In this document: in pieces, positions 43,484 through 52,432 of the stretch
Layout of the letters: the number at the start of each line of letters is the position of its first letter
Position numbering within the stretch: the stretch's first letter is position 1
From: an uncultured Chloroflexia bacterium
Lineage (GTDB): Bacteria > Chloroflexota > Anaerolineae > Anaerolineales > Villigracilaceae
Direction of reading: 5' to 3'
Assembly (NCBI GenBank): GCA_963782935.1
Contig: CAWALN010000022.1
Location: forward strand, 75,531 to 139,530
DNA: 64,000 nucleotides
Position numbers and translations under genes: made by a program
Notes under the pieces: model-generated
What the model was told of the DNA's origin: nothing
The model's input: the letters and a program-made list of their open reading frames with translations, nothing else
Database searches by the model: none

Positions 43484-45337
43484 CTATATGTGGGAAAAAA
43501 ACGTTCCTTTTCGCAATAGCGCATAAGTTACTATGGGCTATTATTATTCGGAATAGAGTTCCAGAGTTGCTCCAGTTGACCGAGTTGATGATTGGCTAGT
43601 TTGGAGGAACGCGTGTGAAGTCTGAAACGGTCTTGGTGCTGACGCATACGGAGGCGTTCATCCTGAAATTTGTTTGGAACAATCTGAGACACAATTCGAA
43701 TGGTTTCATACAGCGTATCGGGGTGGGGTAACAATTCCCATGCGCCTTGACGCTGAATAATACGAAATGTGAGACCCTTTTGTCCAGTGGTGCGCAGTAA
43801 ACGACGGCCAAGGGCTCGAAAATCGCTTTCTCGATCATTATTGGTGCGGGGCAGGCCAGGTACATCGTAACAATGGAATAAACCGGGGGCAAAACTGCGG
43901 GTGGTTTTTAGAATGAGGCGAAAAGAATTGCGCAACATAGGATCCCTGAAGCGGTTGGATTGGATTTTGGTCAGGTAGACGAACAGGTCTTGGCGGACTT
44001 GATCGCCAGAGCGGTTGGGGTTTTGCTCAGGATCCAAGAGAGCGGCAATGTGTTCCAACCAATCGGCGGCCTCTCGCACAATAGAATAAGTTGCCTGGGC
44101 AGACCGAAGTGATGTTTTTAGTCCTTGATGCAATGTCAGCAATTGAGGCGTGGAATGATGAACCATTAAGCGATCCAAGAATTCCTTGACTTCGGATAGA
44201 CCCACAAACATCTCCATTCCCGCCAGGCGCAAAGGAGGCCGACCTTTGAGGGTCAACAGATACCGGATCCGACGACATATTTCTCGCATAATCGCATCGC
44301 GAACTTTATCTCCATCTTTTCCCAATACGGGTTCAGAAACCGGACTGGGTGCTTCCAATGGCGACGGCAATACCCCGGTGATGGTCAAAACACCCTTGGC
44401 TTGCTCGTCTTCCTGGCGGATAAATGGACCAATCCTGGCTCTGACATCCTGTCGCAACAGCATTTTCATGGCTTCATCCGCTTCCGCCACAGGAACTGCA
44501 ATATTGCGCAAATAGTGGCTCTGACAAAAAGCATGCCTGGCCTGGGGAAAGACTTCAGCTATGGCTGACACCAGGCCGCTTTGTTTGTCGCTCATCACAG
44601 CAGTCACCCGCAAACCCAGATCGGCAATCGGTTGCAGGAAGGTAACGAAGGCGGCTTGATCTTGCTGGCTCATCCAGCCACAGCGCAATGTCACTCCACT
44701 CATCAGTTCTCGTACCAGCCACAACTGCGGCTCGCCTCCTTCGGGTGCCAGTCCGTCCAGGCTCAAGAGCAGTCCCATTTGGTCAGCCACTATTTTCAGA
44801 TACTTCATTTGCTCCCGTTCGTGACAGGCCAACAAGGGCAAATATCGATAGTAATACAACGCTCTCACTTGCAACTCGCTGATCCTGAGCCACTGTTTTA
44901 AATCTGCATGAATGGTGCCAAAGGGTTGCTGCAGGCTTTGCCGCTGCCAGCCAATCTGTGCAATCACATCATATCCATAGGTGCAAGAAACCGGCGCTAC
45001 CTGTCTCCATTCCACCGAACCCAATATCGCAAGAGAAACTTCACAACTGGGATCCACGCAACGCTTCGTCCGCTGCGCAATCATCATGACTTCCTTCATC
45101 CCTTGCACTGTTTTGTATTTACTCGTGTAGGCAACCCGCATTGGCCCCTGGCACTTTGGGCATCGATCCAATTCACAACTATATACCGTCCCTTTTCCCG
45201 AGTAAAATATCCCTGGGGTTCTCATGGCGCTCTCCTTTCTCAGCAAGAGGTCAGTTTGCCATGAGAACCCCTTTTCTTCAATATCTATAGTAAATTATGC
45301 GCTATTGCCCTTTTTCGATTTTCACTCCCAGATATGG
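43484..45337 (-). mobile_element. complete IS element (~1.85 kb) with ~50-bp imperfect terminal inverted repeats
   Basis: Left end ctatatgtgggaaaaaaacgttccttttcGCAATAGCGCATAAgTTACTAT matches the reverse complement of the right end ATAGTAAaTTATGCGCTATTGCcctttttcgattttcactcccagatatgg. Confidence 0.75.
43531..45246 (-). CDS. DDE-type transposase with an N-terminal zinc-ribbon (family not assigned)
   Basis: 571-aa intact ORF with CPKCQG..C..PSC, MSDKQSG and AFCQSHYLRN (C-x2-H..RN as in Mutator/IS256-like enzymes). Confidence 0.7.
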   Translation of the reverse strand: MLRKESAMRTPGIFYSGKGTVYSCELDRCPKCQGPMRVAYTSKYKTVQGMKEVMMIAQRTKRCVDPSCEVSLAILGSVEWRQVAPVSCTYGYDVIAQIGWQRQSLQQPFGTIHADLKQWLRISELQVRALYYYRYLPLLACHEREQMKYLKIVADQMGLLLSLDGLAPEGGEPQLWLVRELMSGVTLRCGWMSQQDQAAFVTFLQPIADLGLRVTAVMSDKQSGLVSAIAEVFPQARHAFCQSHYLRNIAVPVAEADEAMKMLLRQDVRARIGPFIRQEDEQAKGVLTITGVLPSPLEAPSPVSEPVLGKDGDKVRDAIMREICRRIRYLLTLKGRPPLRLAGMEMFVGLSEVKEFLDRLMVHHSTPQLLTLHQGLKTSLRSAQATYSIVREAADWLEHIAALLDPEQNPNRSGDQVRQDLFVYLTKIQSNRFRDPMLRNSFRLILKTTRSFAPGLFHCYDVPGLPRTNNDRESDFRALGRRLLRTTGQKGLTFRIIQRQGAWELLPHPDTLYETIRIVSQIVPNKFQDERLRMRQHQDRFRLHTRSSKLANHQLGQLEQLWNSIPNNNSP

Positions 45338-45488
45338 GGGGTGACTCGGAATTGTTCCGCGGAAAAAGGGTTCAAAAACTCAGAAAAAAAGCGGTTTTAG
45401 GCGATTCTTTTCACTTTATTGGAAGCTGAGAAACTTATTTTGAGAGGTCTAAGAACACCTTTCCTTTAGACTGACTTTCACCGCTGAC

Positions 45489-45517
45489 TTGACGGCTGCC
45501 CGGAATCGACGCATAAT
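45489..45517 (+). promoter_or_regulatory. sigma70-like promoter of the GntR gene (TTGACG, 17-nt spacer, CATAAT)
   Basis: TTGACG at 45489-45494, 17-nt spacer, CATAAT at 45512-45517. Confidence 0.45.
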
Positions 45518-45521
45518 GAAA

Positions 45522-45535
45522 GTGGTAACTACCAC
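45522..45535. promoter_or_regulatory. 14-bp palindrome GTGGTAACTACCAC (HutC/GntR-type operator candidate)
   Basis: Perfect GTGGT-N4-ACCAC, 5 nt after the -10 box. The same half-sites recur at 46592-46605. Confidence 0.5.
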
Positions 45536-45579
45536 ACTACCAGATAGGTGGACTCGTATGCCCGAAACGATCGATCCGA

Positions 45580-46299
45580 ATGATATCCTGCCCGCGTTAC
45601 TATCAACTTGCCAGCATCCTGCGAGACCGCATCACCGCAGGCGAATTTGCCGCCCATCAGTCCATTCCCGCCGAACGTCAGTTGGAAGAGCTGTATTCCG
45701 TCAGCCGGACCACCATCCGCCAGGCGCTTGACCTTCTCGTAAGGCAAGGCTTCTTATATCGTGAGCATGGTCGCGGCACCTTTGTCTCGCCTCAAAAGCT
45801 GCAAAAAGGTGTGTCTGAGTTGACCAGTTTCACGGAGGACATGAAAAAGCGCGGCCTCGTTCCCGGGCAAAAGATCCTGCAAATTGGCTATGTGGAGCCG
45901 CCCGCGAAGGTGCGTTCCCAGATGGAATTGCCTGAAAGCTGCAGGGAAGTTTTGCGCATCGAACGATTGCGCCTGGGGGATGGGGTTCCGATGGGGTTGC
46001 AGACCTCCTTATTACGCCTTGCCGGAAGGGCAGACCATCTCCCGGGAAGACTTGAGGAAAACGGCTCCATTTACCTGATCCTGCAGGAGAAATTCCATCT
46101 CATTCCGACGGAAGCAGATGAAACTTTGGAGGTGACCGTGGCGACGCCGGAGGAAGCTGCTCTTTTGCAGATCAAATCGGGCAGTCCTTTATTGTTGAGT
46201 GAGCGGACGACCTATTCGCAATACCGGCGGGTGATCGAGTTTGTCAAGATCGTCTATCGGGGGGACCGGTACCGTTATTTTGCGAAATTAACAAGATAG
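45580..46299 (+). CDS. GntR/HutC-family transcriptional regulator with a UTRA effector domain
   Basis: YYQLASILRDRI..G...LPAERQLEELYSVSRTTIRQALDLLV..G.LYREHGRGTFV wHTH, then a UTRA-like C-domain. An alternative start at 45558 (SD GGTGGA) would require a 1-nt correction in a C-run. Confidence 0.8.
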   Translation: MISCPRYYQLASILRDRITAGEFAAHQSIPAERQLEELYSVSRTTIRQALDLLVRQGFLYREHGRGTFVSPQKLQKGVSELTSFTEDMKKRGLVPGQKILQIGYVEPPAKVRSQMELPESCREVLRIERLRLGDGVPMGLQTSLLRLAGRADHLPGRLEENGSIYLILQEKFHLIPTEADETLEVTVATPEEAALLQIKSGSPLLLSERTTYSQYRRVIEFVKIVYRGDRYRYFAKLTR

Positions 46300-46377
46300 C
46301 CACAGAGTCCCCTGAGAAGCACTGAGAAATTATTAAATACAATTTGCTGCTAGCAGAATTCCTTCCCTTTGCCATAT

Positions 46378-46400
46378 AAACGGCTGAAGCCGTTACTACG
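46378..46400 (+). repeat. AACGRCTNMAGYCGTTACTAC hairpin repeat
   Basis: aaACGGCTGAAGCCGTtactacg. Related copies at 47236-47289, 50126-50145 and 53593-53628. Confidence 0.6.
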
Positions 46401-46548
46401 AAAAAATGGGTTTCCTGGGTCTCAGAGAGTTCTACTTTTTCTTTGTTCTCTCAGTGTTCTCGGTGATCTCTGCCTGCACAGTACCGCAGGTACACGTGTG
46501 GCTATTCTCCTTAGATTTCCGAATCCCTTTATGATCTTTATGAACTCC

Positions 46549-46577
46549 TTGACTTTTCCCTTTTCTCGTGCTAATAT
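46549..46577 (+). promoter_or_regulatory. sigma70-like promoter of the BMC operon (TTGACT, 17-nt spacer, TAATAT)
   Basis: TTGACT at 46549-46554, 17-nt spacer, TAATAT at 46572-46577. It lies 52 nt upstream of the ATG at 46629. Confidence 0.5.
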
Positions 46578-46591
46578 GGTAGTATGGTCAT

Positions 46592-46605
46592 GTGGTCATT
46601 ACCAC
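46592..46605. promoter_or_regulatory. 14-bp palindrome GTGGTCATTACCAC (HutC/GntR-type operator candidate)
   Basis: Perfect GTGGT-N4-ACCAC between the -10 box and the rpiB start. Confidence 0.5.
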
Positions 46606-46628
46606 TTTAACTAAAAAGGAATCCGTAA

Positions 46629-47235
46629 ATGAATTCAATCGATGATTCCGAGCTTCATAAACTAGTGGAGAGAGTGGTTAACCAGGTCATGGGCAATTCC
46701 AAACCTGTGCTTACCGGCTGCTGCTTCTCCAGCGGAAGCCCCAAAAATTCAGGCGACTATCGATTCGAGCCCAAAAGGTTCTAATAAAGTGGTCGCCATC
46801 GGTTCAGACCACGGCGGTTTTGACCTGAAAGACAATCTCAAAGCCTACCTGGCAGAGTTGGGCTATGAAGTCAAGGATGTAGGAGCTTACAACAAAAGCG
46901 CAGTCGATTATCCCGATTTTGCCCATGAAGTCGCCCGGCAGGTGAGTGTCGGCAAAGCCTGGCGAGGCATCATGATCGACGGAGCCGGCATTGGCAGTTG
47001 CATTGTCGCCAACAAGGTCCCCGGGATCCGGGCCGGCATGGCCTACGATTACTCTTCCGCCGTCAACAGCCGCGAACACAATGATACCAATGTGCTCACC
47101 CTGGGCGCCGGCCTGATCGGGATCACCCTGGCCCGCCAGATCGTCAAGATCTGGCTGGCGACCGAGTTCGGCGGCGGCCGGCATGCGCCCCGGATCGAGA
47201 AGATCACCGCGGTGGAAAAGCAGTATTTGAAATAA
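46629..47235 (+). CDS. rpiB: ribose-5-phosphate isomerase B (RpiB/LacAB family) with an N-terminal encapsulation-peptide-like extension (frame break near 46700)
   Basis: MNSIDDSELHKLVERVVNQVMGNSKPV, then the rpiB frame upstream of 46789 reads LPAAASPAEAPKIQATIDSSPKGSNK before VVAIGSDHGGFDLK..GIGSCIVANK core. Confidence 0.8.
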
Positions 47236-47289
47236 TGTAGTAACGACTTCAGTCGTTATTACCAAGTAACGACTGAAGTCGTTACTACA
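47236..47289. repeat. 54-bp composite palindrome made of two inverted hairpin-repeat units
   Basis: TGTAGTAACGACTTCAGTCGTTA-ttaccaag-TAACGACTGAAGTCGTTACTACA. Confidence 0.7.
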
Positions 47290-47307
47290 TGACAAGAGGT
47301 CATCATT

Positions 47308-48235
47308 ATGGTCCCAGATGTGAAAACAGTTGAAAACCTGGTGGAGATCATCACCCATGAAGTCCTGGTGGCGATGATGGAACAGAAAGAAAAGGCCCAG
47401 GCGCCGGGAGATAGCCAGTGCAAGTTCAATTGCACCGACGGCCTGTGCGTCCGCACCTGCTTCGACCGCACCGGACAGGTGGTCAGCGCGGGGGCGGAGC
47501 GCCTCTCCTCGACCATCGGCGTGATCCCGCAAAACCTGGATCTGGCCGGGATGATCGACCACACCCTCCTAAAACCGGAAGCCACCCCGGACCAGATCGC
47601 CCAGCTTTGTTTCGAAGCTCGCAAATATGGATTCGCCTCGGTCTGCATCAACCCCACCTGGGTGGAATTATGCGCTAAATTGCTGGAAGGTTCTTCCGTG
47701 AAAGTCTGCACGGTCATTGGCTTTCCCCTCGGCGCGACCGCTCCGGAGGTGAAGGCTTTCGAGACCAATAATGCCATCGACCACGGCGCCTGCGAGATCG
47801 ATATGGTCATCAATATCGGGGCGTTGAAAGCGCGTGACCTGGACTTGGTCGCGAAAGATATTCGCGGTGTTGTTACAGCCGCTCATGCCCGCAGCGCCAT
47901 TGTCAAGGTCATTATCGAAGCGGCCTTGCTCACGGATGAAGAAAAGACCATCGCCTGCCTGCTCTCGAAGGAAGCCGGGGCGGATTTCGTCAAGACCTCC
48001 ACCGGTTTTGCCAGCGGCGGAGCCACCGTCCATGACGTCGCCCTGATGCGGAAAGCGGTCGGCGCGGAGATGGGCGTCAAGGCGGCTGGCGGCGTCCGCA
48101 CTTATGAGGATGCCGAAAAGACTGGTCAAGGCCGGGGCTACCCGCATCGGTGCCAGCGCGGGCGTGAAGATCATCCAGGGCCCCACCAAGGAAGCTGCCG
48201 GTACCTCGGCTCACGCGAAGGCAGCCAATTATTAG
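47308..48235 (+). CDS. deoC: deoxyribose-phosphate aldolase (DERA) with a ~90-aa N-terminal extension (frame break near 48118)
   Basis: [33 protein letters not shown] (Schiff-base Lys context). N-terminal [17 protein letters not shown] helix and a [14 protein letters not shown] motif. Confidence 0.85.
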
Positions 48236-48318
48236 TTCGACAATTGCTAGATAAGAATTATTTTGCATGATCATGTCTACGAGAGTAAAGAACTTTTCCT
48301 TTTTTCTTCATTTCTTAC

Positions 48319-48338
48319 TTTGTGTCCTTTGTTATTAA
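48319..48338 (+). repeat. GTGTCCTTTGT word motif upstream of BMC-P1
   Basis: tttGTGTCCTTTGTtaTTAA, about 35-50 nt upstream of the ATG at 48372. Confidence 0.5.
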
Positions 48339-48371
48339 GGTGTTTTGTAAAAAGTACTTTAGGAGATTACC

Positions 48372-48662
48372 ATGTTGATCGCCAGTGTCGTCGGAACGAC
48401 CGTCTCGACCATCAAGGATGAAAAATTAACCGGGAGGAAACTGCTCATCCTCCGCCAGACGGATGAGACCGGCAACCCGTTCGGGAAGCCTTACGTGGCA
48501 GTCGATACGGTCGATGCCGGCATTGGCGACCTGGTCCTCACCTGCGCGGGCTCTTCCGCCCGCCAGACCAACATTACCAAAGATACTCCGGTGGATGCCG
48601 TCATCATGGCAGTCATCGATTCACTCGAAGTGGATGGCAAAGTCGTATTCCGTAAGTCGTAG
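48372..48662 (+). CDS. BMC vertex pentamer protein (EutN/CcmL family, BMC-P) 1
   Basis: MLIASVVGTTVSTIKDEKLTGRKLLIL..AVDTVDAGIGDLVL..GSSAR. Confidence 0.85.
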   Translation: MLIASVVGTTVSTIKDEKLTGRKLLILRQTDETGNPFGKPYVAVDTVDAGIGDLVLTCAGSSARQTNITKDTPVDAVIMAVIDSLEVDGKVVFRKS

Positions 48663-48673
48663 AGGTCAGCAAG

Positions 48674-50157
48674 ATGGATAAAGATCTCGCCTCCATACAA
48701 GAAGCCCGCGACCTGGCCATGGCAGCTCATACCGCCTGGCAGAGTTGGTCCAAGGCTTCGCAGGAACAGGTCGACCGGGTCTGCGCGGCCATGGCAGAGG
48801 CCGGTTATGCCGCCTCGGAGCGGCTGGGCCGCCTGGCCCAGGAAGAGACCGGCTATGGGGTGGCTCTCCATAAAAAGCTCAAGAATGAGTTCGGCTCGCG
48901 AAATGTATGGGAGAGTATCCGGGATGTCCGCACGGTCGGCGTGATCCGGCACGATCCCGCCCGCCGGGTATACGAGATCGCCTGGCCGATGGGGATTGTG
49001 GTGGCGCTGGTTCCGTCCACCAACCCGACTTCCACGGCCTTTCTTCAAAGCCCTGATCGCGGTCAAGGCCCGCAATGCCATTGTGGTCGCGCCTGCATCC
49101 GGCCGCGGCCCGCTGCACCTATGAAGCCGTCCAGACCATGGCGATGGCAGCCGAAGCTGCCGGCGCGCCGAGGGGACTGGTCTCTTGCATGCAGCAGATC
49201 AGCCTGCCGGGTACACAGGAATTGATGACCCACCGTTATACCGCCATCATTCTGGCGACCGGCGGGACCGCCATGGTGAAGGCGGCTCATTCCACCGGCA
49301 AACCGGCTTATGGCGTCGGTCCGGGGAATGTGCCGGTCTACGTGGACCGCAGCGCCGATATCGATAAAGCCGCCCGTTATATTGTCGCCTCCAAGGCCTT
49401 CGATTACTCCACCATTTGCGCCACCGAACAATCCGTCATTGCTGACCGTCCCATTGCCGCTCAATTATTGGAGCGGATGCGGGCGGAGGGGGCTTACCTG
49501 ACCGATCCGGACGAAACCCAGGCCCTCCGCAGGGCTCTCTATCATCCGGACGGCAGCATCAATACCGCCGTGGTTGGGAAATCCGCCCAATTCGTGGCGG
49601 GTTATGCCGGTTTCAGTATCCCGGCGGACCGGCGGATTCTGTTGGCGCCGTTGAGCAAGGTCGGGAAGGAAGAACCTCTCTCCCATGAAAAATTGACCAC
49701 CGTCCTGGGATGGTACACCGCCGATGGTTGGGAGCAGGGCTGCGAGACTTCCATCGCCATCATCAATACGGGTGGGCGCGGCCACACCCAGATCATCTAT
49801 GCCAATGATGAGAAAGTCATTATGGAGTTCGGCCTGGAAAAGCCCGTCTTCCGCATCCTGGTCAACACGATGGGAACGCTCGGCGCGATCGGCCTGACCG
49901 CCGGGGTGATGCCTTCGATGACCCTTGGCTCGGGCGGAGTTGGCGGGGCTATCACCGGCGATAACATTACTGCCACCCACCTGATCAATATCAAGCGCCT
50001 GGCCTACGAGACCATGCCGCCTCCGCTGGAAGCGTTCCAGCGCGGCGAAGCCCCTGCCGGTCCCACACCGGAAGAGCTCGAGCGGATCGTCCGCCTGGTG
50101 GCGGAGGAAATCTTGAGAGTCGCTGGTAGTTGCGACTTCAGTCGCTCTGTTATTTGA
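48674..50157 (+). CDS. CoA-acylating aldehyde dehydrogenase (AdhE/SucD-like) with a C-terminal amphipathic helix (frame breaks near 49045 and 49095)
   Basis: VPSTNPTSTAF/FKALIAVKARNAIVVAP/HPAA.. across three frames. GPGNVP and TICATEQSVI catalytic Cys context. C-terminal PEELERIVRLVAEEILRV. Confidence 0.8.
50126..50145 (+). repeat. hairpin repeat unit overlapping the 3' end of the aldehyde dehydrogenase ORF
   Basis: gtagtTGCGACTTCAGTCGCt. Confidence 0.5.
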
Positions 50158-50410
50158 TAAAAGCGCTAACGGCTGAGTAGCTTTGTTGCAATGATCCACC
50201 AAAGTCCTGCCGCGGAGTCAACGTCTCCAGACGTTGAGCGGCGGGTGCAATATCGGAGAATTCACTACGGAGGATGCTTCTCTTTATTATTCTTTACCTT
50301 CGTGTACCTTCGTTACCTTAGTGGTGAGAGTTCTTTTCTTGTGTTTTTTGAGGTGAAATTATTCGCCTCTCATTTGAAAGATCTACAAAATTCAGAAAGG
50401 AAGAATAGAA

Positions 50411-50744
50411 ATGGCACTGGATCCCTCTTTAATTGCTCTTGGAATGATCGAGACGAAAGGACTGGTCGGCGCGATCGAGGCAGCCGATGCGATGGTCAAG
50501 GCCGCTAACGTCACCCTGCTCGGCTCCGAGTATGTCGGGCGGCGGTTTCGTGACCGTCATGGTCCGCGGCGATGTCGGCGCGGTCAAAGCCGCCACCGAT
50601 GCCGGCGCGGCTGCCGCCAAGCGGGTGGGCGAACTGGTCTCGGTCCATGTGATCCCGCGACCTCACACCGACGTGGAAATGATCCTGCCCAAGGCCAGCA
50701 AGGGCTCCATTGGCGGCCGCAATTCCGGGCCCAAGAACGCCTAG
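50411..50744 (+). CDS. BMC hexamer shell protein (BMC-H, PF00936-type; frame break near 50540 in a G-run)
   Basis: [57 protein letters not shown]. Confidence 0.85.
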
Positions 50745-50855
50745 ACCGTCTCTCGCATTCTAGAGACCAATCTCGAAGGGAAATCTCCGTCCTCCTCAGG
50801 GACGGTCTGAATTGATTTGCCTTTGAGTAAAATAGGAAATAAAGGAGAGAGACGC

Positions 50856-51534
50856 ATGGCTGAAACATTTTCCTTGCGGTGCTACTGCTACCTCGACCGG
50901 ATGCAGCCGCAGTTCGCTGCGTTCGTCGGGACGATAACCCAGGGTGATTTGCCTACGGAAGGCATGGCGGCTTTGTACGTGGAAATGGCGCCCGGGAATG
51001 AGGTCTTCCGGGTGGTGGATATCGCCGTCAAGGCCACCGAGGCCCGCCCGGGCGCGCAGATCGTCGAACGCGAGTTTGGCATGTTCGAAGTGCATTCACT
51101 CAGCCAGGCAGACGTGCTTGCAGCCGGCGAAATGGTCCTCCAGCGGCTTGAACTGACGGTCAAGGACCGCATCCGTCCGCAGGTGGTTTCCACCCAGGTG
51201 ATCACCCGCATCGACCCGTACCAGGCCCAGTTGATCAACCGTTTTCGCCGCGGCTCAATGCTGGTCGCTGGCGAGACCATGCTGGTGTCTGGAATGCGCA
51301 CCGGCTGCGTATATCAATATTGCCTGCAATGAAGCCGAAAAGACCGCCAGCATCAAGCTGATCCATGTGTCTTCGGTGGGGCGGTTCGGGCGCATGTGGT
51401 TATCCGGCTCGGAAGCCGAGATCATGACTGCCAAAAATGCGGCCATCCAGGCCCTTGAAGTCTCTCTCGGGCAAGGCCGGAGCCTAGGCTGGAAAGGAAG
51501 AGACCATGCCGAAAGAATTCTATACGGAACGTGA
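50856..51534 (+). CDS. tandem-BMC-domain shell protein (BMC-T-like; frame break near 51288; 3' end uncertain)
   Basis: Two BMC-like halves: LYVEMAPGNEVFRVVDIAVKATEAR..FGMFEVHS and MLVLECAPAAYINIACNEAEKTASIKLIHV..GRFGRMWLSGSEAEIMTAKNAA. SD AAAGGAGAG. Confidence 0.6.
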
Positions 51535-51861
51535 TATCGAAGATATGTGGAAGCGCGGCATTATGTCGCTGCAAGTGACGGACAACGTGGTCCTGACCGA
51601 GCTGGCTTATGAAAAGGCCAGCGGCTGGGCATGCAGTTGCTCAAGGAGAAACCGGTCGAACCACCTGGCGCTCCGGTGCGGCCTTATCTTTCCCAACCGG
51701 TCCCGCCTGCGCCCATCCCGGCGGCTCCGGCAGCGGCCTCCCAAACGGATCTGCAGGCCCGCATCCGCTCGGCTGTATTGGCCAGGCTGGGCACCCAGAT
51801 CGATCCGCAGTTGTTGGACGTGATCATCCAGCGGGTCATCCAGCAAACGGGAGTTAAATAA
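51506..51861 (+). CDS. BMC-locus hypothetical protein: folded N-module, Pro/Ala linker, C-terminal amphipathic helix (frame break near 51620)
   Basis: MPKEFYTERDIEDMWKRGIMSLQVTDNVVLTELAYEKA/QRLGMQLL..PVPPAPIPAAPAAA..LQARIRSAVLARLG..QLLDVIIQRVIQQTGVK. Confidence 0.45.
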
Positions 51862-51922
51862 ACCTGAGTCCAAAGTCTCCAGACTTTGGGTTCTTGGCTC
51901 GGTCTTTGGAGAACCTTCAACT

Positions 51923-52243
51923 ATGTTATTTGGCCGTGTCAAAGGCAGCGCCGTCTGCACCCTCAAATACCCCGGCACCGAAGGGTTGAAGCTGCTGGTG
52001 GTCCAGCCGCTGAATAAGCGCCTGGAACCGGTCGGCGCCCTGCAGGTGGCTGCGGACGTGGTCGATGCCGGGCCGGGCGACCTGTGCGTAATGGTGCGCT
52101 CCCGCGAAGCCGCCCTGGCCCTGCCCGATGTGAAATTTGTGCCGGTCGACCTGGCCCTGGTCGGCGTGGTGGATGATCTCGATATCCGCCCCGACGGCGA
52201 ATTCGATTTCACCCTCCGCAAAGGCTGGACCCAATTTTCATGA
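51923..52243 (+). CDS. BMC vertex pentamer protein (BMC-P) 2
   Basis: MLFGRVKGSAVCTLKYPGTEGLKLLVVQP..AADVVDAGPGDLCV. Confidence 0.8.
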   Translation: MLFGRVKGSAVCTLKYPGTEGLKLLVVQPLNKRLEPVGALQVAADVVDAGPGDLCVMVRSREAALALPDVKFVPVDLALVGVVDDLDIRPDGEFDFTLRKGWTQFS

Positions 52244-52273
52244 ATTAGAATCGATCCAAGAATTTACCACGAC

Positions 52274-52290
52274 GGACACGAAGGACACAA
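52274..52290 (-). repeat. GTGTCCTTCGTGTCC word motif (reverse orientation)
   Basis: The plus strand reads ggacacgaaggacacaa. The flanking ccacgacggacac..aacgga is mirrored at 53631-53650. Confidence 0.45.
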
Positions 52291-52386
52291 CGGAAAGAAA
52301 AAGAACAGCGAAGGTTTTAAAGAAACACTTTGAATTGAGATTTCACGATCTGATTTCAGAATTTTCGGATAGACTCTTCTATTATA

Positions 52387-52407
52387 GGAGTGCAGGCTTC
52401 AGCCTGC
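52387..52407 (+). repeat. GGAGTGCAGGCTTCAGCCTGC hairpin repeat, copy 3
   Basis: Identical 21-mer to the one at 54792-54812. Confidence 0.7.
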
Positions 52408-52432
52408 CTCCCCCAAGGATAATAAGACATCC

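Noticed and set aside
46578-46591. A second, degenerate GntR operator (TGGTAGTATGGTCA) adjacent to the BMC promoter -10 box.
   Set aside because: Only one half-site resembles GTGGT and the sequence is not palindromic. I kept only the two perfect palindromes.
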